A stretch of DNA of 64,000 nucleotides from Bryobacterales bacterium (lineage in GTDB: Bacteria; Acidobacteriota; Terriglobia; Bryobacterales; UBA6623), in the NCBI GenBank assembly GCA_965218555.1, contig OZ244625.1:4553609-4617608 (forward strand), read 5' to 3'. The position numbers and the translations under genes were made by a program. The notes under the pieces are model-generated. The model did no database searches. It had not been told where the DNA came from and saw only the letters and a list, made by a program, of their open reading frames with translations. Below, piece after piece: positions 19,005-29,299 of the stretch (the first letter of the stretch is position 1; each line of letters opens with the position of its first letter).

Positions 19005-19627
19005 TCCCGACAGGATACTATGCGGTGCGCGCCAAGCTGGCGGACGGCGGACGGTTCAGCCACCGGACAGTAAGCCGGAGTCGCTTCACGCGGCGATTGA
19101 CGGTAAAGAAGAAAAAGCGTTCTACGACGAGAAGTACGCGCAACATCCGGATGCTTCGGATCACGCTCTCGCTTGCAGCCAGGAGATTCCGATGCGACGG
19201 ATCAACGACCCGGCGCGTCCCTTCCATGAGTTCCGGCGGCTTTGTCAGACTGCTCTACGTGAGCTGCTGCGAGAGCCGGACGAAGCGGGGGAGGGGAATA
19301 TCTTAGCGGGGAGGGTGTGGCGGTCCTTGAGCGGGATGCAGCCGTTTCAACGTCGAGCCTCTGAAACTGTTGGTGATGAGCAAGCGGCTCTTTCGCGGAC
19401 GGCGCGTGAACCCTCTCGTCCGCACAGCAATGGTGGGGTTGGAGTTGGTGGGTCGAGTGCTGCTGCGAGCGTTTCCTTACCTGAAGCGGTTCTTCAGGTT
19501 ATTATTGCGGTGAAGTAGATTTTTCAGGCCGCTGTACGCCTGACGGCATTGCCGCCGGCGAGCAGTTGGCCTATGCTTGAAAGTGTTTCGGCGAGCGAGT
19601 TTCACCGTTCCGCCTCGGGGGCGTCCG

Positions 19628-21889
19628 ATGTCATCAGTGCCACTTCAAACCCTTCGCATCGCGGTCCTTTGCGGTGTAGCCGCGTTCGCATGGGCCGGTT
19701 TGGCGACGGCAGCGTCCGTGCCGCTGCAACCGTTTGCGCAACAGGTGCGCCGGTTGGAAGACGCGCTCAACTACATCGGCCAACCGCTGCCCGCGGCGGA
19801 CCACGCTGCGATCAATCACGCTTTGGCGCTCGCGGACGAGGCGCAGGCCGTCACGCGGCTACAAGAGATCCTCGATCAACATGTCTTGGCCGAGGTCGAC
19901 ATTAACGCCGAGAGCCGAGTAAAGGTGCGGCAGGGCAAGGCCAAGCCGGAGTTGGTGGAAGAAGGGACGCGGATGTTTCTCGTGAAGGTCAGTAACGGGG
20001 CGGGCGTCACAGCGCCGCTCGTGGTCGAGAGTCCGAACAGTGGGCCGACGTCGCTGCGCTCGCGGGGCGAGAAGGCACCGGCGATGGAGTTAACCCAGGA
20101 GCATGTCACGGAGCGCTGGGCGAATCTCGAGATGTACCATGATCCGCCGATGGCGCCGCGGCTTTCGGGTTTGGGCATCGAGTACCAGATCCTGCAGATC
20201 TACAGCCGGGACCGCGGTAAGCGCTCGGCGAAGATTGCGTTCAACGTCGGGCAGGGAACGCAAGACATCGGCTTCCGCAACGACATCCTAGTGCTGTTCA
20301 ACACCAAGGAGGCCCGGCCCATCACGATGCGGGTCCGCGATGAGAAAGGCAAACCGTCGATCGCGTCCTTCACGATCAAGGATCTGCAAGGGCGGATCTA
20401 TCCGAACCCTTCGAAACGGCTCGCCCCGGACTTCCCGTTCCAACCGCAGGTCTATCGGGCCGACGGCGAACAGGTTCGGCTGCCTGACGGCTACTACTCG
20501 ATCGAATATGGAGGTGGTCCGGAATTCTATAGGCGCACGAAGGAATTGCCCATCGACGAGAACGCGCCGGACGAGCTTTCGTTTCAGCTTCAAAGGTGGA
20601 TCGATCCGTCGAAGTACGGCTGGTGGTCGGGCGACCACCATGTGCACGCTTCCGGCTGTTCGCACTACAAAAACCCGACCGAAGGCGTGCAGCCGGAGGA
20701 CATGATCCGGCAGATTCTGGGCGAGAACCTCAACATCGGTGCTGTGCTGACGTGGGGGCCGTCTTGGTACTACCAGAAGCAGTTTTTCAGCAGCAAGGAT
20801 CACAAGCTTTCCGAGGCGGAGCGGGTGATGCACTACGACGTCGAGGTTTCGGGTTTTCCGTCGAGCCACGCCGGCCACTTGGTGCTGCTGGGTTTGCAAG
20901 AGGACGACTATCCCGGCACGACGCGTGTCGACGAGTGGCCCTCCTGGGACTTGCCGGTACTTCAATGGGGGCAGAGGCAGGGAGGCATCGTGGGCTTCTC
21001 TCACTCGGGGTGGGGACTGGAAGTCAAGAGCGACAAGCTGCCAAACTACGAAATGCCCGGATTTGACGGCATCGGAGCGAACGAGTTCATTGTGGACGTG
21101 ACTCACGACGCCGTCGACTTCATCTCGAGCGTCGATACGCCGTCGGTTTGGGAACTCAACATCTGGTACCACACACTGAACGTAGGCTTTCGGACGCGGG
21201 TAAGCGGTGAGACCGACTTCCCCTGCATCTATGACGACAAAGTCGGGCTGGGGCGCAGCTACGTCAAGCTCGACAAGCTGACCTACCAAGGTTGGATCGA
21301 GGGTGTACGAGACGGACGCTGCTATGTGAGCGAAGGCAAGAGCCATTTGATAGACTTCGCCGTCAATGGTGTGGAGGTTGGAACGAACAAGAGCGAGGTT
21401 CACCTCAAAGGGCCGCAGAAGGTGCGAGTCACCGCCAAGACGGCGGCTTTCCTCGACCGCTATCCGGACCCGACTTTTTATAACCTCGGATATACGGAGA
21501 AGCCTTACTGGGACGTTGAGCGGGCGCGCGTTCCAAATACGCGCGAAGTGCCGGTCGAATTGATCGTCAACGGGGAAGCAGTCGCAACACAGAACCTTCT
21601 TGCCGACGGGCAGGTGCGAGAGATGGCATTTGATGTCTCGATCGAGAAGAGCAGTTGGATTGCACTTCGCATCCTGCCCTCTTCGCACACGAACCCGATT
21701 TTTACGCTGGTGGACGGCAAGCCGATTCGCGCTTCGCGGCGCAGCGCGGAATGGTGCTTGGCGGCGGTCAACCAATGCTGGAGCCAGAAGGCCCCTCGTA
21801 TTCGCGACGCGGAGAAAGAAGCGGCGCGCAAAGCGTACGATCACGCCCGCGAGGATTATCGGCAGCGGCTTAGGGAGTCGTCGCTATAG
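19628..21889 (+). CDS. Secreted CehA/McbA family metallohydrolase
   Basis: Signal peptide. GWWSGDHHVH, SSHAGHL, GFSHSGWG and SGETDFPC PHP-type metal motifs. Confidence 0.8.
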   Translation: MSSVPLQTLRIAVLCGVAAFAWAGLATAASVPLQPFAQQVRRLEDALNYIGQPLPAADHAAINHALALADEAQAVTRLQEILDQHVLAEVDINAESRVKVRQGKAKPELVEEGTRMFLVKVSNGAGVTAPLVVESPNSGPTSLRSRGEKAPAMELTQEHVTERWANLEMYHDPPMAPRLSGLGIEYQILQIYSRDRGKRSAKIAFNVGQGTQDIGFRNDILVLFNTKEARPITMRVRDEKGKPSIASFTIKDLQGRIYPNPSKRLAPDFPFQPQVYRADGEQVRLPDGYYSIEYGGGPEFYRRTKELPIDENAPDELSFQLQRWIDPSKYGWWSGDHHVHASGCSHYKNPTEGVQPEDMIRQILGENLNIGAVLTWGPSWYYQKQFFSSKDHKLSEAERVMHYDVEVSGFPSSHAGHLVLLGLQEDDYPGTTRVDEWPSWDLPVLQWGQRQGGIVGFSHSGWGLEVKSDKLPNYEMPGFDGIGANEFIVDVTHDAVDFISSVDTPSVWELNIWYHTLNVGFRTRVSGETDFPCIYDDKVGLGRSYVKLDKLTYQGWIEGVRDGRCYVSEGKSHLIDFAVNGVEVGTNKSEVHLKGPQKVRVTAKTAAFLDRYPDPTFYNLGYTEKPYWDVERARVPNTREVPVELIVNGEAVATQNLLADGQVREMAFDVSIEKSSWIALRILPSSHTNPIFTLVDGKPIRASRRSAEWCLAAVNQCWSQKAPRIRDAEKEAARKAYDHAREDYRQRLRESSL

Positions 21890-21900
21890 CCTGCGTTTCT

Positions 21901-24030
21901 TCAGCATGATCTGGGCGGTCGGGAGCCTGACCGGCTGCAGCGGAAAACGCAAACGGCGAGCGGTGGAATGCGGGATGTAGGGCCACCGGGGCGGCAGGGA
22001 CGTTCACCATCCCGGTGACCTGCTGTATCGAGGATGAGTTCCCAGCGGTCTGCCGGTACGGGCATCGGCAGATGAAAATCCACCGGTGTGCCGCCGCCGT
22101 TGAATACCACGAAGAGGTCCGCATCTTTGGTTTCGGACCCTTCGTGCGGGAAGGGGCGCCAGACGCCGAGACAGCGAGAATCAGTACGGCCCCAGTCCGA
22201 AATCTCCAGTTCTCGGCCCGACGGCACGTACCAAGCAATGTCTTTCGGCTTTCCCAGTTCGGGAGATTCGCCTTCAAGGAATGTGTCCTGGCGCAGCGCA
22301 GCGTGGCGCCGACGAAGCATCGAAAGGCGGCAGACGAACCGGAGCAGATCTTGCTGTTGCGAGTCCAAGTCCCAGTCGAGCCAAGTCAGCTCGCTGTCAT
22401 GGCAGTAAGCGTTGTTGTTGCCGTGTTGGGTTCGTCCCATCTCGTCTCCGGCGGTGATCATGGGGACGCCCAGCGAGAGCATCATCGTCGTCAGCAGGTT
22501 TCGTTTTTGCTGTTCGCGGGTCTGCTGGATCTCCGCGTCGTCGGTGGGTCCCTCCACGCCGTGGTTTGAACTGTAGTTCGCGTTGTGGCCGTCTTGGTTC
22601 TGTTCGTGATTGGATTCGTTGTGTTTCTCGTTGTAGCTAACGAGATCATGCAGCGTGAAACCGTCGTGCGCGGTGATGAAGTTGATCGAAGCTCGAGTGC
22701 CACGGCTCGATCGGGCGTATAAGTCGCTGCTTCCCGCCAGACGAGTTGCCAAAGCATCGATCCCGAACTCGCCCTTCCAAAAGCCTCGAACTTCATCCCT
22801 ATAGCGGTCATTCCATTCCGACCAACCCGGTGGGAAACCGCCGACCTGATAGCCGCCCTGGCTTACATCCCAAGGCTCGGCAATGAGCTTGACGCGTGAC
22901 AGGACGGGATCTTGCCGTACCGCCGCCAGGAAGGTAGAGTGCGGGTTGAAGGCATCGGGAGACCGCGTCAGCGTTGAGGCAAGGTCGAAACGAAATCCAT
23001 CGACATGCATCTCTTCGACCCAATAGCGGAGGCTATCCATTACAAGTTGAAGCACACGAGGCTCAGTCAAATTGAGGCTGTTGCCGGTGTCGGTATAGTC
23101 GACGTAGTGGCTCGGATCATAGGCATTCAGCCGGTAATAGATGGCGTTATCCAGACCGCGCAAAGACAGGGTAGGCCCCGCCTCCCCGGTTTCGGCAGTA
23201 TGGTTGTAAACCACGTCCAAGAGCACCTCAATACCGGCTGCGTGAAGTCCGCGCACCATGGCCTTGAACTCGTGCACGACGTTCTCGGGTGCAGGATCGC
23301 TTGCGTATCGGCGATTCGGCGAGAAAAAGGCCAGAGTGTTGTATCCCCAGTAGTTCTTCAGGCCGAGTCGGATCAAGCGATGTTCATCGATGTGATGGTG
23401 AACCGGCAGCAGTTCGACAGCAGTGACTCCCAGTTTTCGCAGGTGATCGATGGCGGGTTCCGAACAGAGCCCGAGATAAGTGCCACGGATCGATTCCGGA
23501 ATGTCGGGATGCCGCTGCGTGAAGCCTTTGACGTGTAGTTCGTAGACCAGTGTCTGCGACCAGGAGACATCAGGCGGCCGGTCCTGCTTCCAGTCGAACG
23601 ACGGATCAACAACAACACCGAGGGGCGCGTAGGGCGCACTATCATGCGTGCCGCTGACGAGACCCCGCTTCAGATCGTCGGGGAAGTAGCTGTAGAGCGC
23701 GGCATGCCACTCCAGATCGCGTCCGACGGCCTTGGCGTAGGGATCGAAAAGCAGCTTCTGCGAGTTGAATCGGTGGCCGCGATGCGGTTCGTCAGGGCCG
23801 GAGGCACGGAAACCGTAGAGTTGCCCCGGCGCGAGTCCCGGGACGTAGCCATGCCACACGTCGTGGGTGCGCCCTGGAAGCGGAATACGGTGGCTGTGAG
23901 TTTCGTCCGTGGGACTGTCAAAAAGACACAGGTCGACTTGGGTAGCGTGGCAAGAGAAGACCGCGAAGTTGACGCCGCGGCCGTCCCAAGTCGCGCCTAA
24001 GGGGTAGGGGCGCCCGGTTTGGATGTCCAT
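21901..24030 (-). CDS. glgX: Glycogen debranching enzyme (isoamylase, GH13 with CBM48)
   Basis: YPLGATWDGRGVNFAVFS, NYWGYN, LDVVYNHT, DGFRFDLA, AEPWD, AHDGFTL and GNNNAYC. Confidence 0.96.
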   Translation of the reverse strand: MDIQTGRPYPLGATWDGRGVNFAVFSCHATQVDLCLFDSPTDETHSHRIPLPGRTHDVWHGYVPGLAPGQLYGFRASGPDEPHRGHRFNSQKLLFDPYAKAVGRDLEWHAALYSYFPDDLKRGLVSGTHDSAPYAPLGVVVDPSFDWKQDRPPDVSWSQTLVYELHVKGFTQRHPDIPESIRGTYLGLCSEPAIDHLRKLGVTAVELLPVHHHIDEHRLIRLGLKNYWGYNTLAFFSPNRRYASDPAPENVVHEFKAMVRGLHAAGIEVLLDVVYNHTAETGEAGPTLSLRGLDNAIYYRLNAYDPSHYVDYTDTGNSLNLTEPRVLQLVMDSLRYWVEEMHVDGFRFDLASTLTRSPDAFNPHSTFLAAVRQDPVLSRVKLIAEPWDVSQGGYQVGGFPPGWSEWNDRYRDEVRGFWKGEFGIDALATRLAGSSDLYARSSRGTRASINFITAHDGFTLHDLVSYNEKHNESNHEQNQDGHNANYSSNHGVEGPTDDAEIQQTREQQKRNLLTTMMLSLGVPMITAGDEMGRTQHGNNNAYCHDSELTWLDWDLDSQQQDLLRFVCRLSMLRRRHAALRQDTFLEGESPELGKPKDIAWYVPSGRELEISDWGRTDSRCLGVWRPFPHEGSETKDADLFVVFNGGGTPVDFHLPMPVPADRWELILDTAGHRDGERPCRPGGPTSRIPPLAVCVFRCSRSGSRPPRSC

Positions 24031-24267
24031 TGGGTCTTGAGTGTTTGGGGACATGCTGCGCCGTTGCGTTTGGAACAACAGGTGGACTTCTTATGGCCTC
24101 GATTCAAACAGCGTATATAGTGTCTTATTGTCGTCTTGATCGCCGCGGTGATGTGCATTCAGGGTGATGTTCCAGTTCCCAAGCCGTCTTTAAATTGCTC
24201 AGCAGCAGTATGCGCCTGGTTTGAGACGGATCGCTGACAAGCCCAGTGATACGATAGGGAGGGGGAT

Positions 24268-24786
24268 ATGCGGATTCTGCAAGCGGGAGACCAAGAGTTG
24301 CTCGGGCTCGAACCCGAGCGAGAGGTGCTCGAGAATCTCGTCTCGCAGGCAGGTTTTGATTGCAAAATCCAGGAGAGCGGTCGGCAGGTTGTGCTGGAAG
24401 TCTCGCCTACGTCACCGAACGATCCGATTCTCCTCTTCGATGCGGTGCACCCGGCTAACCTGGGTTGGTTCTCGCGTTGCCGGTTTTATGTGGATGGCTT
24501 TTCTGGTGCTGTCCTGCAGACTCCGCTGACAGTGGCCAACTGCCGCGATGCGGAAGGGCAAGCGCTGCATCGCCTGCGGATTGCCCTTTCGAAAGAACTG
24601 CCTACCTCGTACCGTGTTCCGGGGCACGATCAGGTCAGCGAGCAAATTGTCTATACGGTCCTCTACAACTTGCTCGTCGCCCTACGGGAAACCGGTGTCG
24701 CCGTTTGCGGCGGCAGCGGCGTCGAACCTCTTGCCGGTCCTCGCTCCAAGGATACCGGCGCCAAGTCTTCTCGGGATATTTCGTAG
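24268..24786 (+). CDS. Hypothetical protein (172 aa)
   Basis: Strong RBS (GGAGGGGG) before the ATG. Globular-looking composition. Fills the gap divergent from glgX. Confidence 0.7.
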   Translation: MRILQAGDQELLGLEPEREVLENLVSQAGFDCKIQESGRQVVLEVSPTSPNDPILLFDAVHPANLGWFSRCRFYVDGFSGAVLQTPLTVANCRDAEGQALHRLRIALSKELPTSYRVPGHDQVSEQIVYTVLYNLLVALRETGVAVCGGSGVEPLAGPRSKDTGAKSSRDIS

Positions 24787-25192
24787 CGGCCCGGAGAGGG
24801 TCTTCGATCCTGCGGGCCCGAAGGGTCAACTTCCGCCGTGTGGTTCCAGACCCGGACGGCCTGACTTAACTCAAATACAAAACAAGGGATAGCGATTCCA
24901 TTTCTGTAAGATCGGCGAAATTCGGCCGGTGTCAACGCGACTATTCCAGCAAGCAAGCACAGCCACAAATCAACACCAAAAGACGATTGTCGAAAGCTGT
25001 CCAGGGGAGAGGCAATCTTCGACTTTCAGGGACGATTCGCTGACGTAGCCGGGTGGGCACACTTCAGTCCAGTCCGGCTGTATTTATTGCCTCATGGATG
25101 CGAAGCCGACTATGGACTTCTCCAAGGCGCGTCGCCATTACGGCGTTGGCCGCTGGTTGGCTCTGCTAGAATTGCGCCCGGAAGGAGTTCCT

Positions 25193-26524
25193 ATGATGAC
25201 CAGCAAGAATGGCGTGAACCGCCGGGAGTTCGTAACGAGCACCGTGGGAGTCAGCTCGGCTGCGGCGATGGCTTCGAGCGCGAGCGCGGCGAGGCCGTCA
25301 GCCAGGAGGATCATCGGTGCGAACGACCGGATCAACGTAGGATTTGTCGGTGTTGGCGGCCGCGGCAGCAGCTTGATGCGTTTGGTCTTGCGGATGGCCG
25401 AGCAGCGTGCTGACATCAATGTAACCGCCGTCTGTGATGTTTACCAGAAGCGCAAGAGGATAGCTCAAGAGCGTTCCGGGGCTGATTTCGCAACGCTGGA
25501 CTATCGCGAGGTGTTGGCGCGGCCCGGTGTGGATGCAGTGGTGGTGGCGACCCCTGACCATTGGCACGGCCAGATCGCGCTCGACGCTCTCGATCAAGGC
25601 AAGGACGTGTACCTCGAGAAGCCGATGTGCCACACCATCGAGGAAGCGCAAAAGGTGTCCGAGAAGGTGAAGCAGACGAAAGGCGTCTTGCAGGTTGGCT
25701 CACAGACCACGTCGTCGCGGCAATGGTGGAAGGCTCGCAAAGCGATCGCCGACAGCATGATTGGCCCTCTACTTTTGAGCCAAGGCTCCTATCATCGCAA
25801 CTCGGTACGGGGCGAGTGGAACTACGATATTGATCCGGAAGCCGGTCCGGCGCGCGCTGGCGACAATTACATCGACTGGAAGACTTGGCTCGGCCCGGCG
25901 CCGAAACGGGCTTGGGATCCGGAACGGTTCTTCCGATTCCGCAAGTATTGGGACTACTCGGGCGGGATTGCGACCGACCTTTTCTACCACGTCGTCGCGC
26001 CGCTTAACATTTGCTGGGAGGAGCCGCAGTTTCCCTACAAAGTCGCTGCGACGGGTGGTATCTACGCCTTTAAGGACCGCGAAGTGCCCGACACGTTCAA
26101 CTTGCTGGCGGATTTCGCCAAAGGGCACAGCTTGGTGCTGAGCTCATCGATGGCGAACTCGACACACATTCCAGGGCTGCTACGCGGTCAGCACGGGACG
26201 ATAACGATGGTGGACCACGGGAAGTTCGAAGGCCGGACGGACCACATCACGGTCTCTGCAGAGCGTGCGCATCTTGAAGAGTTTGTGTCGAAGTGGGGAT
26301 ATCAGTCGGTAGACATTCCCGTGGAGGAGACGCCGCGGGATGCGCATATGTCGAACTTCTTCGAGTGTATGCGAACGCGTCAGAAAACAGTGCTGGATGC
26401 GGAGACAGCGTACCGGGCTCAAGTCACGATCTCGCTGGGTGTCGAGAGCTTCCGGCGCGGGAAGATCTTGTACTTCGATCCGACAAAGGAGCGGGTTGTT
26501 GAGAAGGCGCCTGCACCAGGGTAG
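25193..26524 (+). CDS. Tat-exported Gfo/Idh/MocA family oxidoreductase
   Basis: AAGGAG RBS, twin-arginine [29 protein letters not shown] and WDYSGG. Confidence 0.93.
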   Translation: MMTSKNGVNRREFVTSTVGVSSAAAMASSASAARPSARRIIGANDRINVGFVGVGGRGSSLMRLVLRMAEQRADINVTAVCDVYQKRKRIAQERSGADFATLDYREVLARPGVDAVVVATPDHWHGQIALDALDQGKDVYLEKPMCHTIEEAQKVSEKVKQTKGVLQVGSQTTSSRQWWKARKAIADSMIGPLLLSQGSYHRNSVRGEWNYDIDPEAGPARAGDNYIDWKTWLGPAPKRAWDPERFFRFRKYWDYSGGIATDLFYHVVAPLNICWEEPQFPYKVAATGGIYAFKDREVPDTFNLLADFAKGHSLVLSSSMANSTHIPGLLRGQHGTITMVDHGKFEGRTDHITVSAERAHLEEFVSKWGYQSVDIPVEETPRDAHMSNFFECMRTRQKTVLDAETAYRAQVTISLGVESFRRGKILYFDPTKERVVEKAPAPG

Positions 26525-26546
26525 GGAAGGGAAGTAAGGCCTCTAG

Positions 26547-27578
26547 CTGTGATCTTTCAATAGGTTGTTCACTCGGTCCCAACCGAGGAAACTGAGGGTA
26601 CCAAGCACAAAGTTTCCCGGAAGGAGGACCAAGTGAACATCCATCAGAATGCCAAGTTGACGCCGCAGAGTCGAGCCGCTGTCGTCCGGCGGATTCTCGA
26701 CCAGGGCCAGACCCCGAAGGCGGTGGCCAGCGCCTTCGGGGTCTGCGCACGCACGGTGCGCAAGTGGGTGGCCCGCTATCGGGCTGAGGGCGCGGACGGA
26801 TTGCTCGACCGCAGTTCGCGTCCGCACCGCTCGCCCCGCAGCATACCTGCCACTCTCATCAGCCGCATCACCGCCTTGCGCCGGCTGCGCTGGACCGGCG
26901 CCCAGATCGCCGCCACTGTCGGGGTGGCGCCCGCTACCGTCAGTCGAGTCCTCCGCCGCCAGGGGCTTGCTCGCCTTAGTGCCCTCGACCTGCCGCCGCC
27001 CGTCCGGCGCTACGAACATCCCCACCCGGGCGACCTGCTGCACCTTGATATCAAGAAACTCGGCCGCTTTCGCCGCCCCGGTCACCGCGTCACCGGGGAC
27101 CGCCGCCACTCCAGCCCCGGCGCCGGCTGGGAATACCTTCATGTCTGCGTCGACGACCACTCCCGCCTCGCCTTCTCCCAGCTCTATCCCGACCAGACCG
27201 CCGCCACTGCCGCGGCCTTTCTCACCGCCGCCCTCGACTACTACCACCGCCTCGGCATCCGCGTCCGCCGCGTGCTCACTGACAACGGCGGGTGTTACCG
27301 TTCCAGGGCCTTCCATGCACGCTGTGCCCAACGCGGCCTACGCCATCGCTTCACCCGGCCCTTCACCCCTCCTACCAACGGCAAAGCCGAACGCTTCATC
27401 CAGACCGCGCTACGTGAGTGGGCCTACGCCCACACCTATCACACCTCCACCCAGCGTGCCCAACACCTCAGACACTGGCTCCACCGCTACAATTGGCACC
27501 GCCCACACGCTAGTCTTAAAGCCAACCCGCCCATCAGTCGAATCGGTCTGACCGGGGACAACCTGTTGAGGTTCCACA
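26547..27578 (+). mobile_element. IS481-family element, copy B (intact)
   Basis: (C)TGTgatctttcaataggttgtt ... acaacctgttgaggttccACA. TCTAG direct repeats at 26542-26546 and 27579-27583. Confidence 0.95.
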
Positions 27579-27583
27579 TCTAG
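26633..27583 (+). CDS. IS481-family transposase
   Basis: MNIHQNAKLTP, LHLDIKKLG, VDDHSR, LTDNG and TNGKAERF. The stop codon lies in the target CTAG. Confidence 0.96.
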   Translation: MNIHQNAKLTPQSRAAVVRRILDQGQTPKAVASAFGVCARTVRKWVARYRAEGADGLLDRSSRPHRSPRSIPATLISRITALRRLRWTGAQIAATVGVAPATVSRVLRRQGLARLSALDLPPPVRRYEHPHPGDLLHLDIKKLGRFRRPGHRVTGDRRHSSPGAGWEYLHVCVDDHSRLAFSQLYPDQTAATAAAFLTAALDYYHRLGIRVRRVLTDNGGCYRSRAFHARCAQRGLRHRFTRPFTPPTNGKAERFIQTALREWAYAHTYHTSTQRAQHLRHWLHRYNWHRPHASLKANPPISRIGLTGDNLLRFHI

Positions 27584-29217
27584 GGAGTTCCGAGCGCGAT
27601 ACTGCGGGTGCTGAGAAGCTCGCCGGTGGCCTGCAGCAGCGTGAGCAAGCTACGGCGGTAGGCGATCGCCTGGGCGAGCACCTGTGCTTGTGCGTCCACC
27701 AAGTCGTTCTGGGCCTGCAGCACGAAGAAGGCGGTGTTGACACCCAGGTCGTACTTTTTCTGTTCAGCGTCCAAGCGCTTCTGTGCGAATCCGAGAGCGA
27801 TTTTGGCTTGGTTGACGGCGGCTTTACTGAGTTCAACGCCGGAAATGGCTTGGAGCACTTCCAGGCGGACCGTTTGCTCGTCACTCCGCAGGTTATACAG
27901 GTTGCGTTTCTTCTGAATAGCGGCATTGGCAAGGTCGGTAGCCGCTCTGCGGTTCCGGAGAGGAAGCTGTAACACGAGTCCGAATCCATAGGTCGGATAT
28001 CGGAACTGGAAGAGCTGATCGAAGGCCTGAGGAAAGCCTCCGGGAATGACCTCGACCACTGAGCCCCCAAGCCCCGATCGGTCAAAGAAGTTGCCGCTAC
28101 GCCCTTGCGAACTATAGTTGGCGTTGATCGAAAGGTCCGGACGAATGTCGTTCGTGAAGCCTTCGATGTTCAGGTCGTCGATCTGCAAGGCGCGTCGGGT
28201 CTGCTTGAGTTCAGGCCGATTCCTGAGCGCTCGAGCTACGACCTCTTCGGGGTCCGGGACCTCCATGTAGAAGCGGGGTTCGACCGATTCGGTTAGTACG
28301 AGCGGATAGTGGCGGAAGTCGGGGTGGAGGTCGGCCCCGATCCAGCGCCGGACCGCGTCCTCGAACTGCTGTAGCCGATAGCGCTCCTGAGTAACGCGAA
28401 CCTGGGCGTTGGCGAAGTTCTGCTCTGGTTGGAAAATATCGAGTGGAGAGATCGCTCCGAGTTCCAAGCGCCGCTTCTCCTGATCCAGGAAGGCTCTAGA
28501 GATTTCAAGGTTGTTCTCCTCAACCTTCAGTTGCTCGCGAGCGTTGATGGCGTTCCAATAGGCGCTCTCGGCCTGAAAGATCAGCGCCAATACGCGCTCT
28601 CGGACCTGCTCTTCCGTCTGCGCCAACCGCGACTGCGCAACCATGATCGGAATACGCTGGACGTAGCGCCCGCGGCCCCGTAACAGGTTTTGGCTCACGG
28701 TGAATTGCACGTTTTGGGTGATGCTGGGGTTGAAGTTGGCGAACTGGCTGTTGTCAGCGAACTTCCCTCCCGTGTAGCCAATGGAGTAGTCGGTGCCGGT
28801 GTCGAGGCTCTGGGTGTAGGTGAACCCGCCGGTCTGGTTCAGCCGCGCGCGAACATCGGCCCCTTGGAGTTGATCGATTGACGGTGTTGTGGAGCGGTTC
28901 GACCGAAAGTCGGCTATGACGCTTGGGTCAAAAGGACTGTAGGCGCGCTGAATGTTGTTCTGCTCTTCGATGATCGCGAGCTTCTGGAGATTAACGTCGG
29001 GATTGTTCGACATCACCAATTCCAGGTAGGTCCGCAGCGACAATTCGAGCTTCGAGTCGTAGAGAAAGTCCCGCAGATGCGATACGGGTTCGATTTGGAC
29101 ATTGAGCGGCGGACGCGACCACTGCTGCCGAAAGTAGCTCTTACTGGGGAACGTGCTGAATTGTGCGGTCAGAGAGAGTACTCCAACCAGGATCAATGTG
29201 ATGAGTCTCTTAACCAT
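27580..29217 (-). CDS. TolC family outer-membrane efflux channel
   Basis: Signal peptide and two OEP-like repeats (AYWNAI...LELGAIS; AEQKKYDLG...VLQAQNDL). Confidence 0.9.
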   Translation of the reverse strand: MVKRLITLILVGVLSLTAQFSTFPSKSYFRQQWSRPPLNVQIEPVSHLRDFLYDSKLELSLRTYLELVMSNNPDVNLQKLAIIEEQNNIQRAYSPFDPSVIADFRSNRSTTPSIDQLQGADVRARLNQTGGFTYTQSLDTGTDYSIGYTGGKFADNSQFANFNPSITQNVQFTVSQNLLRGRGRYVQRIPIMVAQSRLAQTEEQVRERVLALIFQAESAYWNAINAREQLKVEENNLEISRAFLDQEKRRLELGAISPLDIFQPEQNFANAQVRVTQERYRLQQFEDAVRRWIGADLHPDFRHYPLVLTESVEPRFYMEVPDPEEVVARALRNRPELKQTRRALQIDDLNIEGFTNDIRPDLSINANYSSQGRSGNFFDRSGLGGSVVEVIPGGFPQAFDQLFQFRYPTYGFGLVLQLPLRNRRAATDLANAAIQKKRNLYNLRSDEQTVRLEVLQAISGVELSKAAVNQAKIALGFAQKRLDAEQKKYDLGVNTAFFVLQAQNDLVDAQAQVLAQAIAYRRSLLTLLQATGELLSTRSIALGTP

Positions 29218-29299
29218 TTGCGTCGTACTTCAGTTCTAGAACCAGGCAGAGAAAAATGCCGAAGCGATTGGGCCCCCGACAGGAGGGCGGGCTGACACG

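Noticed and set aside
19018-19518. Open + frame containing KAFYDEKYAQ, reminiscent of a methyltransferase N-terminus
   Set aside because: No start or RBS for that part and no SAM-binding GxG motif follows. It may be a remnant, but I cannot support a call.
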